Positions 24,371 to 32,609 of a stretch of DNA of 64,000 bases are shown here, one piece after another. How positions within the stretch are numbered: position 1 is the stretch's first letter; every line of letters starts with the position of its first letter. Origin of the DNA: Minisyncoccota bacterium (lineage in GTDB: Bacteria > Patescibacteriota > Minisyncoccia > Minisyncoccales > Minisyncoccaceae); assembly GCA_041651685.1 (NCBI GenBank), contig JBAZIU010000001.1, forward strand, positions 308,414 through 372,413. Reading direction: 5' to 3'. A program made the translations under genes and the position numbers. The notes below the pieces were generated by a model, which searched no databases, was not told the DNA's origin, and was given only the letters and a program-made list of their open reading frames with translations.

Positions 24371-25411
24371 ATGCTCATGAGCAAATCACCGATTGTAGAA
24401 ATTGCAAAAAGAGTTTGTCCGGCAGTAATCACTGTCGTAGCTTCTCGCGATTTGCCCCAGATAGAAGAATTTTATTTCCTTCCCTTCAAAGGGGAGAAAG
24501 TTGCTTTTCCCAAGAAGATGAACAGTGACAAGCAGAAGACGAAGATAGGGGGAGGCTCCGGCTTTATCGTTTCCAAAGATGGATATGTTTTAACCTGCAA
24601 TCATGTAGTCGAGGAGCAGGATGCCGATTACACTGTTATCTTGGAACCGGATAAGAGGTATCCGGCCAAGGTGTTGTCTCGCGATCCTTTGACCGACACG
24701 GCTATTTTAAAGATAGAAGACGGAGCATCTTTTCCATTTTTAAAATTAGGAGATTCGGATGCGGTTGAATTGGGAGAATCGGTCGTGGCTGTCGGCAATC
24801 CTTTGGGAGAATTTGAAGATACTCTCTCGGCCGGAATAGTTTCCGGCTTGAGCAGAAGGATAACCGCCTATTGCGGAAGCCAGACAACTTGCAAGGCAAC
24901 TAACCTGAGAGGTTTGATTCAAACCGATGCGGCCATCAATCCCGGAAACTCCGGTGGTCCTCTTGTAAATATGAAAGGGGAGGTGATTGCGATAAACACG
25001 GCAATGATTATGGGTGCGGAAAATATCGGTTTTGCCTTACCGGTCAATTATATTAAAGAAGATTTGAAAGAGGTTAAAAAAGATGGCAAGATTAAGAGGC
25101 CGTATTTAGGAGTGAAGTATATTATTTTGAATGAACAGATCGCCAAGGCGAATAAAATAGACTGTCATTACGGAGCATTGATTGTGAGGGAAATGTTCGG
25201 GGAGCCGGCTGTGGCCAAAAACTCCAGTGCCGAAGATGCCGGATTGAAAGAGTATGATATTATTTTAGAAATCAATGGAAAGAAAATAACTCAGGACAAT
25301 AGCGTCAACGATGTCCTTTCGGAATGTGCGGTAGGGGAGAAGGTATATCTTTTGGTTTTGAGAAATGGAGAAGAAATTGATTTGGAAACTGTTTTAAAAG
25401 AAAAAAAATAG
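24371..25411 (+). CDS. htrA: HtrA/DegP-family serine protease with PDZ domain
   Basis: Start trimmed to ATG 24371 (the longer ORF overlaps tRNA-Ala). GSGFIVSKDGYVLTCNHVV, DTAILKI, GNSGGPLVN catalytic blocks; C-terminal PDZ. Confidence 0.9.
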   Translation: MLMSKSPIVEIAKRVCPAVITVVASRDLPQIEEFYFLPFKGEKVAFPKKMNSDKQKTKIGGGSGFIVSKDGYVLTCNHVVEEQDADYTVILEPDKRYPAKVLSRDPLTDTAILKIEDGASFPFLKLGDSDAVELGESVVAVGNPLGEFEDTLSAGIVSGLSRRITAYCGSQTTCKATNLRGLIQTDAAINPGNSGGPLVNMKGEVIAINTAMIMGAENIGFALPVNYIKEDLKEVKKDGKIKRPYLGVKYIILNEQIAKANKIDCHYGALIVREMFGEPAVAKNSSAEDAGLKEYDIILEINGKKITQDNSVNDVLSECAVGEKVYLLVLRNGEEIDLETVLKEKK

Positions 25412-25443
25412 ACAGAAAAGATTCTTTAAGATAAGATACAGAT

Positions 25444-25956
25444 ATGTTTAATAAGAATAAAATTACATTGGCTTCAATCATTTCCTTTCTCGGGATTTTT
25501 TTCGCTCAGACCGCTTCGGCTGTATGTCCGGTTTGTGTTGTTGGAGTTTCGGCCGGACTGGGCTTGGCGAGATGGCTTAAAATAGACGACACTATTACTG
25601 GTCTCTGGATAGGAGGATTGACCATTGCCATGGTCATGTGGACTATCGAGTGGTTTAACAAGAAAAATATCAAGTTTTGGGGAAGGGATATTTTAACGGC
25701 TATTGTTTTTTATGCCACTGTAATCTGGCCGCTTCGCTCAATTGAAGTTATCGGCAATGAATACCACACCATTTGGGGAATGGACAAGCTTATCCTAACT
25801 ATCTTTATCGGCAGTATTGCTTTTTTCGGTTTTGAAAAATGGTACAGATTGATGAGATCTAAAAACGGGAAGTCACTTTTCCGTTATCAAAAAGTTGTTT
25901 GGGCCTGGCTACCATTAGTAATTCTTTCAATTATATTTTTCTTTTTAACAAGATAA
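25444..25956 (+). CDS. Polytopic membrane protein with an extracytoplasmic CPVC motif
   Basis: 170 aa; signal-like N-terminus, AVCPVCVVG, then ~4 TM helices; no family recognised. Confidence 0.55.
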   Translation: MFNKNKITLASIISFLGIFFAQTASAVCPVCVVGVSAGLGLARWLKIDDTITGLWIGGLTIAMVMWTIEWFNKKNIKFWGRDILTAIVFYATVIWPLRSIEVIGNEYHTIWGMDKLILTIFIGSIAFFGFEKWYRLMRSKNGKSLFRYQKVVWAWLPLVILSIIFFFLTR

Positions 25957-26133
25957 AAGAAAAGAAGGACTACACCTTCTTTTTCTTTTTGATGTTTTTT
26001 GTTTGCACATTTTTAGCTTTACCTTCCATCCGAGGAGGTCTGGTTAAGCGTTCTTCGTGCCTTATGTCGTATCCTGTTTTTTTGGCCATATGTTTAATTA
26101 TATTTTGGACTAAAATATAATTATCGTCAAATG

Positions 26134-26205
26134 GGTGACTAACGGGATTTGAACCCGTACAAACACCTCCACAGGGTGTTGTGCTACCATTACACCATAG
26201 CCACC
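26134..26205 (-). tRNA. tRNA-His (anticodon GTG) with encoded G-1
   Basis: G-1 opposite C73, acceptor GTGGCTA/TAGTCAC, loop CTGTGGA, T arm ACGGG-TTCAAAT-CCCGT. Confidence 0.85.
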
Positions 26206-26221
26206 ATGAAAACCAAACCTG

Positions 26222-26295
26222 TGTCCTCGGTGCGAATCGAACGCACAACCTACGGATTAGAAGTCCGTCGCTCTGTCCTATTGAGCTACGAGGAC
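26222..26295 (-). tRNA. tRNA-Arg (anticodon TCT)
   Basis: Acceptor GTCCTCG/CGAGGAC, anticodon stem ACGGA/TCCGT with loop CTTCTAA, T arm GTGCG-TTCGATT-CGCAC. Confidence 0.9.
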
Positions 26296-26386
26296 GTGAT
26301 ATATATTTCATACCAAAAATACAGCTAAAAAGCAAGGAATATTTTTGACTGGAAAAGAGAAAGATGATATAAAAAGTAGGTAAAGC

Positions 26387-26458
26387 CGGGGCATAGTGAA
26401 ACGGCTATCACGAGTCCTTTGGGAGGATTTATTCTGAGTTCGAATCTCAGTGCCCCGA
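26387..26458 (+). tRNA. tRNA-Pro (anticodon TGG)
   Basis: Acceptor CGGGGCA/TGCCCCG, loop TTTGGGA, T arm CTGAG-TTCGAAT-CTCAG. Confidence 0.9.
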
Positions 26459-26468
26459 AAGGATAATT

Positions 26469-26542
26469 GCGAGTGTAGCTCAATGGCAGAGCGATAGCCT
26501 TCCAAGCTATACATGAGGGTTCGATTCCCTTCACTCGCTCCA
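26469..26542 (+). tRNA. tRNA-Gly (anticodon TCC), CCA encoded
   Basis: Acceptor GCGAGTG/CACTCGC, loop CTTCCAA, T arm GAGGG-TTCGATT-CCCTT, 3' TCCA. Confidence 0.9.
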
Positions 26543-26546
26543 ATAT

Positions 26547-28052
26547 ATGCTTACTCCCGAACAAGAAAAATGGATATCTCATTTATCCGACAAGGATAGG
26601 ATAACTATTGTTCCTTGGGATAAGACATGTTCGGAAAAGTTCGAAAAAACAAAAAATAAGATTCAGGCCATATTAGGGAAAGATGTGGAAGTTTTTCATT
26701 CCGGGGCTTCTAGTTTTGGTATTTCTGGGCAAGACGAAATAGATATTCATGTTCCCGTATCTCCCGAAAATTACGATTTATATGTTTCCAAGCTTAAGAA
26801 TGTTTTCGGAGAGCCAAGAAGTAATTATCCCCTAAGAAGGACTAGATTTAAAATAAATAAAAATGGAAAGAAGATAGATATTATCATTGTTAATAAAGAA
26901 CATTTTGATTGGCTTAATGAGATTAAATTTAGTGAATATTTAAAGGCTCATCCGATTGCACTAGAAGCATACAGGATTTTAAAAGAACAGGGCAATGGTT
27001 TTTCAGTTAAAAAATACTATCGAAGAAAAACAGAATTTATTAACCAAATACTGTCTTCCAAATTAAAAGTCGCTGTCATCGGCGGGGGAGTGATGGGTTT
27101 ATATATTTCTTGGAAATTGGCGGAAGCGGGACACGAGGTCTCTCTTTTCGACAGGAAGAAAGAAGATACGATAGGAAAGAAATGTTGTTCAGCTTTGGTT
27201 TCGGAAAGAATCAAGCAATTTATCCCTTTGGAGGATAACTGCATAGAAAATGAAATATCTTCTTGTTTAATTAATTTTCCCAAAGGAAAAGTTAAACTTA
27301 ACTTCAATCCCAAGCATTCGGCTTTAAATAGAGAAATGTTGATTAGTACTCTTCTTGATTTGAATAAGAAGGTTGGAACGAGAATCGTTTTGGGGCAGGA
27401 GATTAAAAAAGTACCGCCGGGCTTTGACCGGGTTATCGGATGTGACGGCGCTTTTTCTATCATCAGGAGAAGCTTGGGTTTGCCTGACCCGAAGATTAAA
27501 AATGGGATTCAAGCATATTCTTTGATAAAAAACAATTCTCACATTACCGAAACATATACTGATTACAACATTTTTGGTTTTTGCTGGAAGATTCCGAAAG
27601 GGGACAAGACTGAATACGGAGCACTGGGAAACCAAGAAGAAATGAAAAAGAAAGTGGATAAGATAATGGGAATAAAAGATGTCGAGAAAGATTCTTTTTC
27701 GGCTGCGGCCGTCCCTGCTCCTCATTTTCCTTTCTTCAATGCCGGATTGATTTTTCCCAAAGAAAAGAATGTCACCCTTTGCGGAGATGCAATGGGATTA
27801 ACCAAGCCGTGGAGCGGGGGAGGTATAATCTGGGGTCTTCACGCCGCTGACATTTTAATCAAAACGTTCCCCGATTTCAGGAAATACAAAAAGGAAACAG
27901 TCAGATTTTTTAAATTCAAAATATTAAAAGGGCAGATATCCAATTTTTTGGTTCAAACTATCGGCAAAAGATTCACTAATCTTCTCCCTAAAGAGATGGA
28001 ATATGACAATGACTTTCCGTCTTTTTCAATTGCTTTTAAGCGGAAAAGGTGA
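26547..28052 (+). CDS. Fusion protein: GrpB-like nucleotidyltransferase-fold domain + FAD-dependent geranylgeranyl-reductase-family oxidoreductase
   Basis: 501 aa; N-terminal FHSGASSFGISGQDEIDIHVPV (GrpB-like); C-terminal KVAVIGGGVMGLYISWKLAEAGHEVSLFDRK (Rossmann GxGxxG), VIGCDGAFSIIRR, GDAMGLTKPWSGGGI (GGR/FixC-type). ATG is 4 nt after the tRNA-Gly CCA. Confidence 0.65.
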   Translation: MLTPEQEKWISHLSDKDRITIVPWDKTCSEKFEKTKNKIQAILGKDVEVFHSGASSFGISGQDEIDIHVPVSPENYDLYVSKLKNVFGEPRSNYPLRRTRFKINKNGKKIDIIIVNKEHFDWLNEIKFSEYLKAHPIALEAYRILKEQGNGFSVKKYYRRKTEFINQILSSKLKVAVIGGGVMGLYISWKLAEAGHEVSLFDRKKEDTIGKKCCSALVSERIKQFIPLEDNCIENEISSCLINFPKGKVKLNFNPKHSALNREMLISTLLDLNKKVGTRIVLGQEIKKVPPGFDRVIGCDGAFSIIRRSLGLPDPKIKNGIQAYSLIKNNSHITETYTDYNIFGFCWKIPKGDKTEYGALGNQEEMKKKVDKIMGIKDVEKDSFSAAAVPAPHFPFFNAGLIFPKEKNVTLCGDAMGLTKPWSGGGIIWGLHAADILIKTFPDFRKYKKETVRFFKFKILKGQISNFLVQTIGKRFTNLLPKEMEYDNDFPSFSIAFKRKR

Positions 28053-28070
28053 TAGTCTTTAAACATATTT

Positions 28071-28157
28071 GGAGAGATGCCTGAGCGGCTTAAGGGGATG
28101 GTTTCGAAAACCATTGTGGGATAACTCCTACCGTGAGTTCGAATCTCACTCTCTCCG
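28071..28157 (+). tRNA. tRNA-Ser (anticodon CGA), long variable arm
   Basis: Acceptor GGAGAGA/TCTCTCC, anticodon stem ATGGT/ACCAT with loop TTCGAAA, long extra arm, T arm GTGAG-TTCGAAT-CTCAC. Confidence 0.85.
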
Positions 28158-28176
28158 CTTTAATTTATAGAACTAT

Positions 28177-29667
28177 ATGGCAGAAAACATCAAACAATCT
28201 GATGTGGCAACACGTCCGCCGGTGGTGGTTGTTTTGGGGCATATCGACCACGGCAAAACTTCGCTTTTGATGGCCATCAGGGATTTCAAGGTTTTGGAAA
28301 AAGAATCGGGAGGAATAACCCAACATGTCGGTGCCTATCAGATTGAGCACAATAATAATAAAATTACCTTTATCGACACTCCCGGACATGAGTCATTTTC
28401 AGCAATTCGAAGCAGGGGGAGCAAATTAGCCGATATCGCGGTTTTGGTTATCGATGCGGCCGAGGGAATCAAGAAACAAACCAAGGAGGCCATAACTCAC
28501 ATTAAGAGTGCGGGAATTTTAACCATTGTCGCTTTTAATAAAATAGATAAGCCGGGGGCCAATCCGGAAATGGTCAAACAGCAATTGACCAAGGAAGACA
28601 TCTGGGTGGAATCATTCGGAGGCAAAGTTCCTTCAGTTGAAATATCGGCCAAGACCGGACAGGGCATTACCGATTTGTTGGATATGATTCAGTTGTTGGC
28701 CGAAGTTGAAGAATTGAAAGCCGAATTCGGAGTTAAGGCGGAAGGAACAATCATTGAATCATATCTTGACCCGAAGAAAGGGCCGACTTCAACCGTTTTG
28801 GTTGAAAACGGAACCTTAAGACAGTCCGATTTTGTCGGAACCGATTCCGCTGTTGGAAAAGTTAAGAATTTGGGAGACTTTCTGGGAAAAGAAATGAAAG
28901 AAGCTAATCCTTCCGACCCGGCAATCATTATCGGTTTTGAAAATGTTCCTGCCGTTGGAGAAAAGTTTCATGTTTATTCTTCATACGATGAAGCCAAGAG
29001 CAATATGAAGGTGAGGGAACTGAAAACCGAGATTCTTGAAGTTGACCCAACTAAGAAATGTTTGAATTTGATAATCAAAGGAGATGCCCAAGGTTCGCTT
29101 GAAGGAATCGGAGAGGTCTTGAAAACTTTGCCCCAGGAAAATGTTTGCGTTAGGGTTCTTAAATCGGAAGTGGGGGATATAACCGAAGCCGATGTGAAGA
29201 TGGCCAAGACCAGCGAAGCGGTTATCATTGCTTTTAGAGTCAAAAAAGACAAGGTGGCCGAGATTACCGCCGAAAACAACAAAGTCAAAGTATATGATTT
29301 CAGCATTATTTATGAACTGGCTCAAAAGGTGAGGGAACTGATGGAGAGAAAGCTGGTTAAAGCCAAAGAAAGAACCGATTTGGGCAAGATTGAAGTTCTG
29401 GCTATCTTCAGAACGGAAAAGAACAGGCAGATTGTCGGAGGCAATGTTATCGAGGGCGAAGTGCAAAAAGGAGCATCTTTGGAAATATTCAGGAATGGAG
29501 AAAAGGTTGGGCAAGGAAGGATTGTGGAGCTGCAATCCAATAAAAAGGATTTTGATGTAGTTAAAAAAGGGAGAGAGAGCGGTATTCTCTATCAAGGCAG
29601 CGAGAGGATAAAGGAAGGGGATGAGTTGGTGGTATACAAGGAAGAGTATATTCAAGAAGAATTGTAA
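28177..29667 (+). CDS. infB: Translation initiation factor IF-2 (short form lacking the N-terminal domains)
   Basis: 496 aa; starts almost directly at the G domain (RPPVVVVLGHIDHGKTSLL, DTPGHESF, NKID). Confidence 0.95.
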   Translation: MAENIKQSDVATRPPVVVVLGHIDHGKTSLLMAIRDFKVLEKESGGITQHVGAYQIEHNNNKITFIDTPGHESFSAIRSRGSKLADIAVLVIDAAEGIKKQTKEAITHIKSAGILTIVAFNKIDKPGANPEMVKQQLTKEDIWVESFGGKVPSVEISAKTGQGITDLLDMIQLLAEVEELKAEFGVKAEGTIIESYLDPKKGPTSTVLVENGTLRQSDFVGTDSAVGKVKNLGDFLGKEMKEANPSDPAIIIGFENVPAVGEKFHVYSSYDEAKSNMKVRELKTEILEVDPTKKCLNLIIKGDAQGSLEGIGEVLKTLPQENVCVRVLKSEVGDITEADVKMAKTSEAVIIAFRVKKDKVAEITAENNKVKVYDFSIIYELAQKVRELMERKLVKAKERTDLGKIEVLAIFRTEKNRQIVGGNVIEGEVQKGASLEIFRNGEKVGQGRIVELQSNKKDFDVVKKGRESGILYQGSERIKEGDELVVYKEEYIQEEL

Positions 29668-29668
29668 T

Positions 29669-30022
29669 ATGTTCAGAATAGAAAAAGTAAACAGCATAAT
29701 ACAGCAAGAGCTGGGAACGATAATATTAAGGGAAATAGATTTATTTCCCGGGACGCTTTTGACCATTACCAGAGTCGAGTGTTCGAACAATATGTTTCAA
29801 TGCAAAGTATACATATCTGTTATCCCCGAGGATAAGTTTGAAGAGGTTTTGGCCCTTCTCAACAGGCATATCTATGCCTTACAGCAGATGTTGAACAAGA
29901 AGATGCAGATGAGGCCGGTGCCGAAGATAGAGTTTTTCAAGGAAAAGAAGACAGCCGAGGCGGGAAGGATAGACGAGTTGTTGTTTAAGATAAAGAAGGA
30001 GGATATTGAAAAAAGCGAATAA
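29669..30022 (+). CDS. rbfA: Ribosome-binding factor A
   Basis: Start trimmed to ATG 29669, 1 nt after the infB stop; RIEKVNSIIQQELGTIILREI; conserved infB-rbfA order. Confidence 0.85.
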   Translation: MFRIEKVNSIIQQELGTIILREIDLFPGTLLTITRVECSNNMFQCKVYISVIPEDKFEEVLALLNRHIYALQQMLNKKMQMRPVPKIEFFKEKKTAEAGRIDELLFKIKKEDIEKSE

Positions 30023-30047
30023 TCTTGTTATTGTTTCTTTGTGACTG

Positions 30048-30119
30048 GGCGTGGTGGCCAAGCAGTAAGGCAAGAGTCTGCAAAACTCTCATACGCGGGT
30101 GCAATTCCCGCCCACGCCT
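30048..30119 (+). tRNA. tRNA-Cys (anticodon GCA)
   Basis: Acceptor GGCGTGG/CCACGCC, anticodon stem AGAGT/ACTCT with loop CTGCAAA, T arm GCGGG-TGCAATT-CCCGC. Confidence 0.85.
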
Positions 30120-30126
30120 CACACAT

Positions 30127-30209
30127 GCCTCGGTGATGAAATTGGCAAACATACAGCACTTAAAATGCTGCGGGTAACACCCTTGTGGGTTCAAGTCCCA
30201 CCCGAGGCA
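30127..30209 (+). tRNA. tRNA-Leu (anticodon TAA), long variable arm
   Basis: Acceptor GCCTCGG/CCGAGGC, anticodon stem CAGCA/TGCTG with loop CTTAAAA, long extra arm. Confidence 0.85.
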
Positions 30210-30289
30210 CAATTTAAATAATCGTCTTTTGAGTGCTTGACACATATGTATAGATATGTTATTTTTTGTTTGGTAAAGAGGAAAGGATT

Positions 30290-30436
30290 ATGGTTTGTCC
30301 AATTTGTGGTAGGTATTACTGCGATCACACCGCAGCTGAAAGGCACCAGACCGATGATCATGTGACGGCTGATGCACTAGGAATGTCAGTCGACGAATAT
30401 CGTCAGAGGAAAAACGCGCAGGAAAAGAAGGCATAA
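30290..30436 (+). CDS. 48-aa CxxC small protein (below the ORF-track length cutoff)
   Basis: Own translation MVCPICGRYYCDHTAAERHQTDDHVTADALGMSVDEYRQRKNAQEKKA. Strong RBS (GAGGAAAGG) 5 nt upstream, TTGACA at 30236, terminator directly downstream; visibly GC-richer than the surroundings. Confidence 0.55.
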   Translation: MVCPICGRYYCDHTAAERHQTDDHVTADALGMSVDEYRQRKNAQEKKA

Positions 30437-30454
30437 TTAATTTGCCAGCACGAA

Positions 30455-30496
30455 GCCTTGATAGAAGATTAATTTCTTTATCAAGGCGTATTTTTT
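30455..30496 (+). terminator. Rho-independent terminator
   Basis: ~11-bp stem GCCTTGATAGA / TCTTTATCAAGGC followed by GTATTTTTT. Confidence 0.65.
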
Positions 30497-30533
30497 AAAT
30501 AAAATAAAAACACACCGATTTCTCGGTGCGTCT

Positions 30534-31037
30534 TTATATCTCTAGAACTTCGATGTATGTTTCCTTGACCCCGAAGGCCTGGGCCTGTTCAAGAGTGGGG
30601 AACCATATGTCGATTTGGTATTTGCTTTTTCTTGAATGCATCCTGTCTTCTACCGTGAATACTTTGTTTCCGTATAATTCGGGCAATTTGATTGCTGTTC
30701 CGAAAGGCAACATGTTATTGGCTACGATGCCGTCCCTGACTTCAGAACCGTTTGCGGTAGTGAAGGGAGTATCGTCTGTCTGCCAAGGCGTAGAAGAGTA
30801 TGCTGTAACGATAACCTTGATTTTTCGATACGTCTTTTGATCACTGCCTCCGTCTCTGTCTTCCTTTTCTGAAAATAGCGCTAACGCGTTATTCTCCAAG
30901 GAATAACTCTTTTCTGACTCATAACCTTTAGCCAAGTTAGTATTATCCGCTTTGGCATCAATGGTTAGAACCAGGGCCGAGAAAGAGAAAACAATGGCCG
31001 CCAGAAGTACGATTGTCAAATTTTGCTTTTTAAGCAT
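30534..31037 (-). CDS. 3D-domain (RlpA/MltA-like double-psi barrel) secreted cell-wall protein
   Basis: Start trimmed to ATG 31037 (MLKKQNLTIVLLAAIVF signal). VTAYSSTPWQTDDTPFTTANGSEVRDGIVANNMLPFGTAIKLP...FTVEDRM...IDIW is a 3D-domain pattern. Confidence 0.75.
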   Translation of the reverse strand: MLKKQNLTIVLLAAIVFSFSALVLTIDAKADNTNLAKGYESEKSYSLENNALALFSEKEDRDGGSDQKTYRKIKVIVTAYSSTPWQTDDTPFTTANGSEVRDGIVANNMLPFGTAIKLPELYGNKVFTVEDRMHSRKSKYQIDIWFPTLEQAQAFGVKETYIEVLEI

Positions 31038-31189
31038 AAATAAAATCCCGCCTAACGGGATAGGCATATCCTAACCCATAAAGGCCTTTTTGTCAACGAG
31101 TTTGTCCACATCAAGTTTCTATTGTTTAAGGGTTGATTATTTGACTTTTGGGGATATTTTGAGGTAAATAATATATAGAGGGAGTCGCC

Positions 31190-31432
31190 TTGACAATCAA
31201 AGAATATACGGTTAAGGAAGTCCTTGCTATGAATCAAGCAATGATTTCGGTTGGTGCACTGCTGTTGATTGACCCCAAGAAGAAAAAGGGCGTTAACAGG
31301 CTCGACAACACCTGCAACGTCCTAGTTAAGGAGGTTTTCGAAAGAGGAGACAAGGTGTTTGTCAGGGGCAATCACATACCGTCGAACCGGTCGATGGTAT
31401 TAGACCAAGAGACCAGAGTCATCCTGGTCTAG
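31190..31432 (+). CDS. Hypothetical 80-aa protein (TTG start)
   Basis: RBS AGAGGGAG 5 nt upstream of TTG; terminator immediately downstream; no recognisable family. Confidence 0.4.
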   Translation: MTIKEYTVKEVLAMNQAMISVGALLLIDPKKKKGVNRLDNTCNVLVKEVFERGDKVFVRGNHIPSNRSMVLDQETRVILV

Positions 31433-31446
31433 TAATTTTTGTTTTC

Positions 31447-31472
31447 GACGCTCATTGGAGCGTCCTTTTTTT
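31447..31472 (+). terminator. Rho-independent terminator
   Basis: GACGCTC-attg-GAGCGTC followed by CTTTTTTT. Confidence 0.75.
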
Positions 31473-31510
31473 GACTTGATAATCTTAATTCTTTGTGATA
31501 TAAGGATGAT

Positions 31511-32602
31511 ATGCAAAACGAAACATTACAAAAACTAACCGATAACGTTCAGATTCCCAGAAATGGTGAAATCGTGGACGGAAAGATTCTCGCTATAGAG
31601 AATTCTGCCATGTATTTGGATATTGGCCCGAGAAAAACGGGAATTATCTATGGTGCGGAATATCAAAACGCTAAGAACGTTTTGAAAAACATTAAGGTAG
31701 GGGACACTATCTCTGTTAAGGTTGTCACTCCTGAAAACGAAGAAGGATTCGTTGAATTGTCTTTGAGAGAGGCTGAGAAAGAATTGGCTTGGTCTACAAT
31801 CAAAGAAAAGAAAGACCAGAATCTGGAATTTGCGGTAAAGATATCAAAGGTGAATAAGGGAGGACTTATTACCGAAGTTGCCGGCATTCCCGCTTTCTTG
31901 CCGACTTCTCAATTATCACCCGACAATTATCCCAGAGTGCCCGAAGGAGACAAATCAAAGATATTAAGGAAGCTGCAAGGCTTTATCGGACAAGAAATCA
32001 AAGTTAAGATTCTTGATTTTGACGAAAAGACCGGACAGGTTATCTTGACCGAAGAATCCAAAGAGAGTGAATCTTTGCAGAAAGCCATTAAAACTATTAA
32101 AGTGGGGGATATTGTTGAAGGCAAGGTTTCGGGAATTGTTAATTTCGGAGCTTTCATTAAATTCAATTTACCAGACTCAAAACCTGAAGATGCAGCCTTG
32201 GAAGGATTGGTTCACATTTCCGAATTGGATTGGCAGCTGATTGAAGACCCGGCCCAGGTGGTTGAGGTCGGCCAGGATGTCAAAGCCCAGGTTATCGATA
32301 TTTCCCAAGGCAGAGTCTCTTTGTCTCTCAAGAGTTTGAAGAAAGATCCTTGGCAGAACTTGAACTACAAAACCAGCGATACTATTAAAGGAGTCGTTGT
32401 TAGATTCAATCCTTTCGGAGCTTTTGTTCAGGTGGTTGATGGGAACAAGGACAACGATACTAAAATACAAGGACTTATTCACATTTCTGAATTCGGTTCC
32501 GAAGTCAAGATGAAAGAGAAGCTTGAATTGAACAAGGAGTACGAATTCCAGATATTGAGCTTCCAGCCTCAAAGACATTGGATGTCTTTAAGAATAAAAT
32601 AA
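31511..32602 (+). CDS. rpsA: S1 RNA-binding-domain protein (4 S1 repeats; ribosomal protein S1-like)
   Basis: 363 aa; four repeats of the G-x-V-x-G-x-V...GAFV/GLVHISE pattern. Confidence 0.8.
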   Translation: MQNETLQKLTDNVQIPRNGEIVDGKILAIENSAMYLDIGPRKTGIIYGAEYQNAKNVLKNIKVGDTISVKVVTPENEEGFVELSLREAEKELAWSTIKEKKDQNLEFAVKISKVNKGGLITEVAGIPAFLPTSQLSPDNYPRVPEGDKSKILRKLQGFIGQEIKVKILDFDEKTGQVILTEESKESESLQKAIKTIKVGDIVEGKVSGIVNFGAFIKFNLPDSKPEDAALEGLVHISELDWQLIEDPAQVVEVGQDVKAQVIDISQGRVSLSLKSLKKDPWQNLNYKTSDTIKGVVVRFNPFGAFVQVVDGNKDNDTKIQGLIHISEFGSEVKMKEKLELNKEYEFQILSFQPQRHWMSLRIK

Positions 32603-32609
32603 AACACAT

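Noticed and set aside
25970-26335. 121-aa minus-strand ORF, and an internal 39-aa basic peptide (26089-25970, MAKKTGYDIRHEERL...KKKKKV)
   Set aside because: The long ORF is overlapped by tRNA-His and tRNA-Arg(TCT). The short basic peptide has no Shine-Dalgarno sequence and no resemblance to a small ribosomal protein that I can name, so it is left uncalled.
28981-29790. 269-aa minus-strand ORF
   Set aside because: It is entirely antisense to infB/rbfA, has a low-complexity Phe/Leu/Ile-rich translation and no start context. This is a typical shadow ORF of an AT-rich gene.
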